A DNA stretch of 64,000 nt, taken from Candidatus Poribacteria bacterium. Its GTDB lineage: Bacteria > Poribacteria > WGA-4E > WGA-3G. Both the position numbers and the translations under genes were made by a program. The stretch is taken from positions 1,184,001 through 1,248,000 of the forward strand of contig OZ242029.1 of assembly GCA_965205015.1 (NCBI GenBank), written 5' to 3'. The notes beneath the pieces were generated by a model. The model was given only the letters and a program-made list of their open reading frames with translations. It was not told the DNA's origin and made no database searches. Positions 31,326 through 39,545 of the stretch are shown here, piece by piece. Every line of letters begins with the position of its first letter. Position 1 is the stretch's first letter.

Positions 31326-34300
31326 ATGTTGTCAAAGAAAATGGCAGTTTCGTTAACAAGTCTAATCACTATATTTGCCCTGGCATCTCTGCCTGTATCG
31401 GCATTTGATGTGAAATTCGATGCCCATGATATCAGTCATGCTGGCGATATCCAGCTCGAAAGGGCAGCGTCAGTAGTGGTATATGTCAACTTCGGGAAGA
31501 CGGTAACACTTGCGGATGTCAAAGCAGCATTTGGTTATTCCGCCGCTACTGCTGCGAGTACAGATGCAGTCGCAGCAGGTGGAAAGATTGATATTCTCAA
31601 TTATCATGGAGCTGTAATTGATAGTAATGCTACCGGTTCTGAGAATACCGTTGTGATTGCAGATCGCGAAGTCGATGATCGTTTGGTACTAGATGATGTT
31701 AATCAGATACAGTCGGGTAAGGACTATACGATTACGATTACCCTTGATGCTGATACGCAGCTCCCTGCTACTTCTGGTGACAATGCAGGGGTTTTTGATA
31801 AGAATGAGCATGCCTACAAGCTGCGTTTATTCCTTCCCAAAGATGCTCTGATTGAAGCAGACCGTAACGCCGGGACCAAAAATAATGTAGGATTCCATGA
31901 CAAAATATTTTTGGTAGGTGCCGAACCAGCTGCCATTGAAGATCGCGCTCCGTCGCCACGTAGCATTGCGCTTGCCCCGGGTGTGTTAATACCGGATGCT
32001 GGTTTCACAGGCGACACGTTCGATATCATTGTCACATTGACTGAGCAGCCGAAAGAGAACAAGCTCACTGCCGCAGATCACTTCGATGTTGCTGAAGGAA
32101 CTGCATCTGATGGTGTATATTTGGGTGAAATAGCGGCTCCTGCGGATGCCGCAACCGGCGATGATACGCCCCGATTAGCAAGTGGACGTAACGGTATGGA
32201 TGAGCGATACCTCGTCACGCTTACACCGGCAGCTAAAGACGCCAACTTGGTTTTCAAGTTAAAAACTTTTGGAGACCAAGAGATTTATACGTACGATGAC
32301 GACAAGAGCGACATAACAGGTAGAGGACCAAACGAATGGGATCCACCTGTCAGTGAACTTGATCGGAAAGAGGGTGAAGATAAAATAACGGTCAAGATCA
32401 AGAAGCAAACAACCGGTCCAGCAAAAACCGCGGGTGTGAAGTTCGGTTTACCGAAAGAAAAATACATCCCTGCGGGTGGCTACTTAATCGTTGCAGAGGA
32501 CATAACGGGCTCCGCTATCCACAAGACGCCTGGTGAAATTAAGGAAGCTCCGAAACCGCACGAACGGACACCTGCCGAGATGATGTATAACGTCATTGAC
32601 GATGGCGATCTCCCGAACCTTGAGACCTTCCTCTCTAATGGCGGTGTAATTGGTGTGATGGGACCACAACCTTTGATGATTACCGAGATCATGTGGGGTT
32701 CGGATGCAAGTTTGGACGATCCCGGCAAGAGCCAATGGATTGAGCTGTATAATCCCGGTGACGGGTATCAGACACAGGATGGCGATAACACCACGTATCT
32801 GGTTTTCTACGGACCGGGTGAAACCCCCGCAACAGGGATTCATGACAGCGTTGGAACCCTCGATCCAGTAGCTGGCTATTGGTCGCTCGCAGGTAAAGGT
32901 CAAAATGGTCGATCCGCTGAAAGGATCCTTGGGGAAGAAGCAGCGGTCGCAACCGCATCGATCGTCTCCATGTATCGTCTCATAGATGCGTCTGGGACAT
33001 TGGCAAATGGGCGCATGAAAGATTCCTGGATGCAGTCGAGTCCTCCGAGCATGAACTTTGAAGCGAATGCCCCGGGTGTTCACATAGGGACACCAGGCGC
33101 AATGACCGATATGACGGCGTTGCGAATGGCTGAAGCAGCCAAAGCCAAAGAGCAAGCCGATGCTGAAGCCAAAATGAAAGCCGATGCTGAAGCCAAAGCC
33201 GCAGCGACGGGCACTGTCCCACAGGCGGGTGCTATCTACGTCAGTGAGATTATGGTTGACAGGGGCAACGGATTGCCACAATGGCTTGAAATCTCTAACG
33301 GTTCCCGCACCGAGGATGTAAACTTGAGTGGATGGACGTTGACGGTGAATAACGCCGCAGCGGATGCCGATGTATCCGTCGGTGGCTCTATCACGTTCAC
33401 AATCCCCGATGGGACGATGCTCACGCGGAGTGGACAGAACACGATACCCTCGACCTTGTTAGTCGTCACCGAAGCCGGACGCAACGATCTCGGTGGACTC
33501 TCAGCCGATCATGTGCTCAACCTCTGGGAATCGGGTCAGACGGAATTGATCCTCGCAGGTGTGACGAAGCGTCGGTATTCGCTGTTGAGTGAGATGGCGT
33601 TTGAAGTTGTGCTGGCACCGCCAGCCCCGACAGCAATGAAGGTCGCTGCCACCGCAACGGCAAAGGAAAAAGCGGATGCCAAAGCCGCTGACCTGAAAGC
33701 CAAGGCCGCACACGCAGCCGCTACCGATATGGCGGGCAACCTCGGTGCCGATGGCGCAGCCGCTTGGGCATTACCGATGGGCGAAGACGGCGCACCCCGT
33801 TCCTCTCTCATTCGTGCCCACGTTCAAGTCTCTGTGGGACCCGCAGAACCTGAAGACGGCAAGATGATGGACACCTGGAGACTCGCCTCTATGACGAGTT
33901 TCGCACACCCCACGCATATCCGTCGGGCGAACTACTACGGTGCGGCGAACGATGTCGGCACACCCGGCTACCGTGCTGGCGGCGCACTGCCTGTCGAACT
34001 CTCACACTTCCGTCCCGCACGCGATAAAGCAACGGGTCAAGTCGTGATTGCTTGGTCGACGCAATCCGAGCTGAATAACGCTGGATTCTTTATCAAGCGT
34101 TCACAGCAACGAAATGGCGAGTTCAAAGTCATCAACGCCACAATGGTTCCGGGCGCAGGTACTACCAGTGAGAAGCAGTTCTACACCTACACGGATACAA
34201 CTGCTCAACCTAACGTCGTATACTACTACCAAATTGAAGATGTATCACTTGACGGAAACCGTCAGACCCTGACACGCGGCATACGCCTCAAAGGGCATGT

Positions 34301-34358
34301 CGGCGCAGCGGGCAAAGCCACCACCCTCTGGGGTGAGTTGAAGGCATCTCATGAGTAG
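31326..34358 (+). CDS. Large exported surface protein with lamin-tail-like domains (paralogue R)
   Basis: Same architecture as 26538-29540; AAGGAG RBS. Confidence 0.85.
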   Translation: MLSKKMAVSLTSLITIFALASLPVSAFDVKFDAHDISHAGDIQLERAASVVVYVNFGKTVTLADVKAAFGYSAATAASTDAVAAGGKIDILNYHGAVIDSNATGSENTVVIADREVDDRLVLDDVNQIQSGKDYTITITLDADTQLPATSGDNAGVFDKNEHAYKLRLFLPKDALIEADRNAGTKNNVGFHDKIFLVGAEPAAIEDRAPSPRSIALAPGVLIPDAGFTGDTFDIIVTLTEQPKENKLTAADHFDVAEGTASDGVYLGEIAAPADAATGDDTPRLASGRNGMDERYLVTLTPAAKDANLVFKLKTFGDQEIYTYDDDKSDITGRGPNEWDPPVSELDRKEGEDKITVKIKKQTTGPAKTAGVKFGLPKEKYIPAGGYLIVAEDITGSAIHKTPGEIKEAPKPHERTPAEMMYNVIDDGDLPNLETFLSNGGVIGVMGPQPLMITEIMWGSDASLDDPGKSQWIELYNPGDGYQTQDGDNTTYLVFYGPGETPATGIHDSVGTLDPVAGYWSLAGKGQNGRSAERILGEEAAVATASIVSMYRLIDASGTLANGRMKDSWMQSSPPSMNFEANAPGVHIGTPGAMTDMTALRMAEAAKAKEQADAEAKMKADAEAKAAATGTVPQAGAIYVSEIMVDRGNGLPQWLEISNGSRTEDVNLSGWTLTVNNAAADADVSVGGSITFTIPDGTMLTRSGQNTIPSTLLVVTEAGRNDLGGLSADHVLNLWESGQTELILAGVTKRRYSLLSEMAFEVVLAPPAPTAMKVAATATAKEKADAKAADLKAKAAHAAATDMAGNLGADGAAAWALPMGEDGAPRSSLIRAHVQVSVGPAEPEDGKMMDTWRLASMTSFAHPTHIRRANYYGAANDVGTPGYRAGGALPVELSHFRPARDKATGQVVIAWSTQSELNNAGFFIKRSQQRNGEFKVINATMVPGAGTTSEKQFYTYTDTTAQPNVVYYYQIEDVSLDGNRQTLTRGIRLKGHVGAAGKATTLWGELKASHE

Positions 34359-34411
34359 TAGCAACAAAAAGGTTATTTCAGGGATAAAATTTGTTTGAAC
34401 TAACCTTAACC

Positions 34412-34451
34412 ACAAAAAAGGGTGGGTACCTCGGTACCGACCCTTTTTTGT
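34412..34451. terminator. Intrinsic terminator of right surface-protein gene
   Basis: GGGTGGGTACCTCGGTACCGACCC hairpin followed by T-tract. Confidence 0.85.
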
Positions 34452-34614
34452 TTGCAGACCCCTTCCTGCCTGATTCACACAATCCCCCCGATGCCTCCTA
34501 CGCTGCCTCCGCTGGGTCCATCGATTCAGGCAAAAAGAAACGAAGGCGCGGTGAGTGGGCAGGTACAAGACCTAAGGAAACACCCCAGCAAAAACCCCCT
34601 ACAAGATGTCTATT

Positions 34615-34731
34615 TATAGTAAAGTTTAGAATTAATTAGACACTTTAAAGAGGCGAGGATACAATCCTCGCCAGCGGCGGAGAGGATTGTTTCGCTAAGC
34701 AACTGTCTACATATTTTTCGACTTTACTATA
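34615..34731. mobile_element. 117-bp MITE-like element (copy 2)
   Basis: One mismatch to 7541-7657; TA at both ends. Confidence 0.85.
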
Positions 34732-34762
34732 TTTTGCAGTATCTTTGAAAAGAAAGTCCTAC

Positions 34763-35833
34763 TCAAAGGACGTTCCCGGGGTCTGTCAGTGTTCGGGTGA
34801 ATGCGTCAAGACTTTGCGTCCGCATCGCTTCTCGAAGCAAGTGCTTGAGACGTTGTAAATCGTCAATCGCTTCAAGCGGCGGTTTGAGGGTTTCAGCGGT
34901 GTTTGCCTGAAACCGCATATCGAGAAATAGCAGGATGCTCTCGATAGTGGTTTCTTTCGCACCTTGTTCTATGCCTTGTTCTATGCCTTGTTCTATGCCT
35001 TGTTCTATGAGAGCTTCAGCAGCCGTCTGTGCCATGATGGCAACCTCCCTTTCATCTCGACTTTGCTCTTTGACGATGTCTACAAACGCATCCCGCTCAG
35101 CAGCGGAGCGGCGATGAAAAATCAAAAGGATTAAATAGTTGAGTGCCTCCCGCAACTGGGCATCTTGTGTCCCCGCCAAACGACTGATCTCGGAGACCGC
35201 CACTTCTAAGGCTTCACGGAAGGCGGTTTCATCCGCATGCTCCTCTTGAAGCACGCGCAGCAACCAACCGAAAGGATGTCCTGACTCGATCAGCGTCTCC
35301 GCCGTCATCCGTTTTACGTCTAAAAACAGTGTGTCAAACGTAGGGACAAACCGCGCCAGGGCTCTCGGGACATTGAGAATCTCTGTCAACGCCTTCGGCT
35401 CCGTCCACCGATCCGTCCCCGTGTAAAAGACGATCGGTAAGATCGGAGACCACTGCTGTTCACCCGCAGCCCGCGAGTCCAACTGCTGATATTCCGATTC
35501 CCAGATGCGCCCCATGTACATCAACATGCGCAGCCGCATCAACGCCTCCACACTCGATTGATGCTCTATCAGAATACAGATATGCACCGCTTCATCCGAT
35601 GCCGACGCCTGAAACGGAACACGCAGCAAGACATCCGCCTCACGCTCCCGCAACGCTGCCGACAGAAAACTTCGGTTCTGCTGAACACCTCTTTTGAAGT
35701 CAAGAAAACCCACCAACTCCGGGGCGAGAAGTTCTACTAAATATCTTACATAATCTGCATCTTGCAGCAACCGCCGCATACTCCGATCCGGAAAGTGGTA
35801 CACCTTCTCATCAGAACTCACGGGGTTTGACAT
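34763..35833 (-). CDS. Rpn/YhgA-like (PD-(D/E)XK transposase_31 family) nuclease
   Basis: EADVLLRV, LIEHQS, MRLRMLMYM, ILPIVFYTG..W, (EQGI)n tail. Confidence 0.9.
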   Translation of the reverse strand: MSNPVSSDEKVYHFPDRSMRRLLQDADYVRYLVELLAPELVGFLDFKRGVQQNRSFLSAALREREADVLLRVPFQASASDEAVHICILIEHQSSVEALMRLRMLMYMGRIWESEYQQLDSRAAGEQQWSPILPIVFYTGTDRWTEPKALTEILNVPRALARFVPTFDTLFLDVKRMTAETLIESGHPFGWLLRVLQEEHADETAFREALEVAVSEISRLAGTQDAQLREALNYLILLIFHRRSAAERDAFVDIVKEQSRDEREVAIMAQTAAEALIEQGIEQGIEQGIEQGAKETTIESILLFLDMRFQANTAETLKPPLEAIDDLQRLKHLLREAMRTQSLDAFTRTLTDPGNVL

Positions 35834-35949
35834 AGAGCCTTACACCTTTCAAAGAGACAGCAACAAACTTTTCTAAGAGTATACCCCAAAACCGAAAAAA
35901 AAACCAACCCCTTTTTACAGCAGGGACAGAGCGATTTAGTTTTAAGAAT

Positions 35950-36852
35950 TTATGGGGCGGCATCCATGGCGCACCGAAACCCGACAACATTCAGACTACT
36001 GTCGGGATAATCGCTGATGCGTTCGGCATTGCGAATCGTGTGCACAGCACGGTACCACGTTCCACCACGTAGGACGCGGCGTTCACCGGTGTCAGGTCCT
36101 TCCGGATTCCGGAGTGGGCTCTCTATATCTTGCCTGTCCCTGTAGTAGGTTGGACTGTACCAATCCGCACACCATTCCCAGACATTCCCCGCCATATCAT
36201 ACAAACCGTAACCGTTGGGCGGAAACGTTCCGACAGGTGCAGTAAAAAGGTACCCGTCGTTGACGTCGGCACTCCGCCACTCAAATTCCGTTTGGCTGTC
36301 AGCGAAGTTGGCACTCGTATGATTCGGTTCAGCATCGCCCCACGGGTAGCGCGCCCCTTCCAAGCCACCGCGTGCGGCTTTTTCCCATTCCGCCTCCGTC
36401 GGTAACCGTTTACCTGCCCATTCACAGTAGGCAGTCGCATCAAACCACGTTACGGTTGTGACGGGTTGATTTGGGTGATTGAAATCTGGGTCGTCCCACG
36501 GTTCGTAACTCTGTTTGAGAAGTTCATAAACAGCCGTATAGCCGATTCCGCGTGGATCAGGGTGTCCCGTCGCGCCGACAAACACCTGATATTCAGCGTT
36601 CGTCACTTCATGTTGATCCATGTAAAACGCATCAAGTTCCACCGTGTGGACGGGTGCTTCGTCCACATCTCCGGTGGTACTTCCCATCTGAAAGGCACCT
36701 GCCGGAATCAGCCCCATGCCTTCGGGCGGTTCTACCGCTTCCTCCTCGGAGCAGGCAAGCCACGCAAAAAAAAGGACGAAATGGAGCAGACACCACAGTT
36801 GCGCTCCATCACGCCCTTTTTTTGAATTAGAAATTGTTCTGACTACAACCAT
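35950..36852 (-). CDS. FGE-sulfatase (SUMF1) domain lipoprotein
   Basis: FQMGS, HEVTNAEY, RLPTEAEWEKAARGG, YDMAGNVWEW, RGGTW, GFRC; WLAC lipobox-like; start uncertain. Confidence 0.88.
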   Translation of the reverse strand: MVVVRTISNSKKGRDGAQLWCLLHFVLFFAWLACSEEEAVEPPEGMGLIPAGAFQMGSTTGDVDEAPVHTVELDAFYMDQHEVTNAEYQVFVGATGHPDPRGIGYTAVYELLKQSYEPWDDPDFNHPNQPVTTVTWFDATAYCEWAGKRLPTEAEWEKAARGGLEGARYPWGDAEPNHTSANFADSQTEFEWRSADVNDGYLFTAPVGTFPPNGYGLYDMAGNVWEWCADWYSPTYYRDRQDIESPLRNPEGPDTGERRVLRGGTWYRAVHTIRNAERISDYPDSSLNVVGFRCAMDAAP

Positions 36853-36984
36853 ACAAGAAACACAGATCAAGGCGCAATGAATTGCGCTACTACAAACAGC
36901 CTCTAATTTTGCCCACACGCCGCTGGCGAGGTTTCAAACCGCGCCAGCAGAGGATGCTGCGTAAGTTCTGCTTGAGAAGTCAGG

Positions 36985-37770
36985 CTACCGTCCCGCTTTT
37001 ACTTTTCCCCAGACGGTTGCGAGTTTGCCGCGCGCCTGAACATCAAGTGCCTCATCGATGTTGCCACTCGCCTCTTTGACCTGATCCTCATCTAAAGCCA
37101 CTGAAAACACTGCGACCTCATCGAGCAAACCGTTGTACCAGTGGCCGCTTCCACCGCGATGACCGAGCCGTAAATCCTGCTCTCCAGCAATCAATTTGCC
37201 GCCATGCGGTGCCGAATTTGCCAGATCACCGTCAATATAAATCTTGGCATCTTTGCCATCGTAAGTACAGACGCAATGCGTCCACTTCTCAGGCTCAGTC
37301 GTGCCGTTGCCAGAATTCATCACCTTATGGGCACCCTCGCCACCCACAGAGAGCGTAAAGTAGAAGTAGCGACTCCCACGATTGACAAAGAGTCCATAGT
37401 TCTCCCAGGGTCCACCCTGCATTCCGTTCGCCATGATACACAACCAACCGTTGCCAGGGGCATCGTTCCAATTCACCCAAGCAGAAATCGTGACCTCATC
37501 CTCAATCGAGAGCGAATCTGAACTCTTGATGAGGACATGATTATCTCCACCTTTGAATTCCATTGCGTTGCCGTATTTTCCCTCGCCCTTCGCAAGGGAC
37601 GCCTTCTCAATCGTTCCCTGATTTCCGTGTGCTGAACCGTCCATCACTTTGTTACCTTGAACGTCGTCAAAAGACATATAGAGCGCGAGATCGTCAAGGG
37701 GCAATTCCGCCCGCGTCGCTATCGGTAACAGGCAACAGAGCAGGACAGTTACGATGATCGTTAATCTCAT
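36985..37770 (-). CDS. Secreted LamG/concanavalin-like domain protein
   Basis: Signal peptide, TISAWV, WTHCVCTYDG, GLLDEVAVF, VQARGKLATVWGKVK tail. Confidence 0.9.
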   Translation of the reverse strand: MRLTIIVTVLLCCLLPIATRAELPLDDLALYMSFDDVQGNKVMDGSAHGNQGTIEKASLAKGEGKYGNAMEFKGGDNHVLIKSSDSLSIEDEVTISAWVNWNDAPGNGWLCIMANGMQGGPWENYGLFVNRGSRYFYFTLSVGGEGAHKVMNSGNGTTEPEKWTHCVCTYDGKDAKIYIDGDLANSAPHGGKLIAGEQDLRLGHRGGSGHWYNGLLDEVAVFSVALDEDQVKEASGNIDEALDVQARGKLATVWGKVKAGR

Positions 37771-37806
37771 TTGCCATGCCTCCTTGTGTTGCGTTAATTG
37801 ATATTA

Positions 37807-37835
37807 ATTTTAGCAGACTCTTGGATAGATGTCAA
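37807..37835 (-). promoter_or_regulatory. sigma70-like promoter
   Basis: TTGACA-17-TAAAAT with extended TG. Confidence 0.65.
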
Positions 37836-37961
37836 ATAGTTATCCGTAGGCGGTGTGTAAAGTTTTTGGCATTTCACAATCACATCAATCACAAAAATCA
37901 CAGTCCATATCTGCCGTCCTTCCTCAATCACAAAAATCACAGAAATCACAGTCCGTTTTTC

Positions 37962-38960
37962 TCACCTACCTCTATCAACAAGCCACAAATCGCCTTCACT
38001 GACAGCAGCGAGGCGTTTCAACATTACAGCCCCCGGGAAATTAGGTGCCATCCCGATGCCCATCGCGAAGATACGTCCGTTGCCTGCGGCGTGTTCACCC
38101 ACAAGCGTGAGATCCGGTCCCGAAATCGTGGTAGGAATGCCGTCGCTAAAGAGAACAACGAGGGTCGGCGCGGTTTTGGCGGTTTCGGTCAACGCCGATA
38201 GCATATCGTGGTCAGTGCCTTTTGTATGAATTTGGGAGTGGATCTCGGCGAGATAGTTTGACGCGGCGGCAACCGTCTGCTCTGTTACCGGAACAAAGCC
38301 GTCTTGGTAGACGATGAGTTCCGTGCTAAACGCCATGATGTTGAAACTATCGTGGGGTTCCAAGAAAGTCAGCGAATTCCGCATGAGATCGATAATCCGC
38401 TTGAGTTTGCGCGTCGGGAGATTCTGCATACTCGTAGACAGATCGACACAATAAACAATGCGCTGCGGTCCGTCCTGCGCCTCAATGAACCTCACCAATC
38501 GACTTTTGAAACGAGTTTTGGCTTTCTGCTCCTTTTTGAAAGGACGTTCGATAACCCTTTGCACACGTGGGGTATCGTCAAATTCGACACGGGTTGCAGT
38601 GGGTCCCACAGGCGCACCGACGTCCTCGGTATCAAAGGGTTGGAAAGGTGCGGGTTCCGCTGCAGAGACGACGCCTCGGGTGCTGGCGGGTTGATTGCTC
38701 GTGAGGATTTTCAGGCGGGGTTGACTGACATCCCGCGTTCTTCTGTGCCGGACCCGTGTGCGTTTCGGAGGTGTCACGCGTCTGACTTTCGGCTTTTCTT
38801 CAATAACAAATAGGGCGTTGATGGCATCAGCATTTCGCTGCGGATGGGTACTAAACCAGAAGAAAAATCCGAGCACCCCAACGCCGAGGTGCAGTAGGAC
38901 AGAGATGAGCAATGCTTTGCTGGATTTCGATTTCATTTTTTTGATTTTACCTTTTTTCAA
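37962..38960 (-). CDS. Membrane-anchored vWA domain protein
   Basis: N-terminal TM (SVLLH), MIDAS DLSTS, FNIMAFS, LFSDG. Confidence 0.85.
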   Translation of the reverse strand: MKKGKIKKMKSKSSKALLISVLLHLGVGVLGFFFWFSTHPQRNADAINALFVIEEKPKVRRVTPPKRTRVRHRRTRDVSQPRLKILTSNQPASTRGVVSAAEPAPFQPFDTEDVGAPVGPTATRVEFDDTPRVQRVIERPFKKEQKAKTRFKSRLVRFIEAQDGPQRIVYCVDLSTSMQNLPTRKLKRIIDLMRNSLTFLEPHDSFNIMAFSTELIVYQDGFVPVTEQTVAAASNYLAEIHSQIHTKGTDHDMLSALTETAKTAPTLVVLFSDGIPTTISGPDLTLVGEHAAGNGRIFAMGIGMAPNFPGAVMLKRLAAVSEGDLWLVDRGR

Positions 38961-39544
38961 TCGCTCAAATCAACACTATTGTAGATGTCGCGTAACTGTA
39001 ACTCACACGCAATTGAGGGAAGTGAGATGCTGTCTTCCAGTTTCCGAAATTCGGTACGCAGCCAATAAGCACCTTCGCGAAGATAGTGCTCAACGCAAAC
39101 CTGATCCTGAGAGACAAGGACGTATTCCCGTAAAGACACGAGTTGCTGATAATGCCAGAATTTCTCTCCTCGGTCGCGTGCCTCTGTTGACGGAGAAAGC
39201 ACCTCTATGATGACAATCGGATTGAGAAGCGTGTCGGATACGCTATCCTCTGCTTGGGGTTCACCACAAAAAACGACAACATCAGGGTAGAAATAAGACC
39301 CCGTCTTGCTGACCTTGACGCGCATATCACTCGCGGCAGCTTTACATCTCCCGCCCCTTAATTGCGCACGGAGTTCACCGAAGACATCTCCAGTGATGAA
39401 ATTATGGTCAAAACTCGCTCCGGACATCGCGACGATCTCTCCTGCAAGGTATTCGTGTTTAGTGGTCGCCTTGCGTTCAAACGCGAGGTATTCTTCAGGC
39501 GTAAGATACGTTCTGGCTGCAATAGATGACATGAGTTCCTCCAT
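38957..39544 (-). CDS. Uma2 family endonuclease
   Basis: TPEEYL..E, YPDVVVFC, IIEVLSPSTEARDRGEK, LREYVLVSQ. Confidence 0.92.
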   Translation of the reverse strand: MEELMSSIAARTYLTPEEYLAFERKATTKHEYLAGEIVAMSGASFDHNFITGDVFGELRAQLRGGRCKAAASDMRVKVSKTGSYFYPDVVVFCGEPQAEDSVSDTLLNPIVIIEVLSPSTEARDRGEKFWHYQQLVSLREYVLVSQDQVCVEHYLREGAYWLRTEFRKLEDSISLPSIACELQLRDIYNSVDLSD

Positions 39545-39545
39545 G

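Noticed and set aside
26538-34358. Diversity-generating retroelement template/variable repeat pair
   Set aside because: No reverse transcriptase in the window, both copies are full genes, and differences are not visibly adenine-specific
35950-36852. True formylglycine-generating enzyme for the sulfatases
   Set aside because: Lacks the catalytic Cys pair after RGGSW (has RGGTWYRAVHTIR); FGE-fold only
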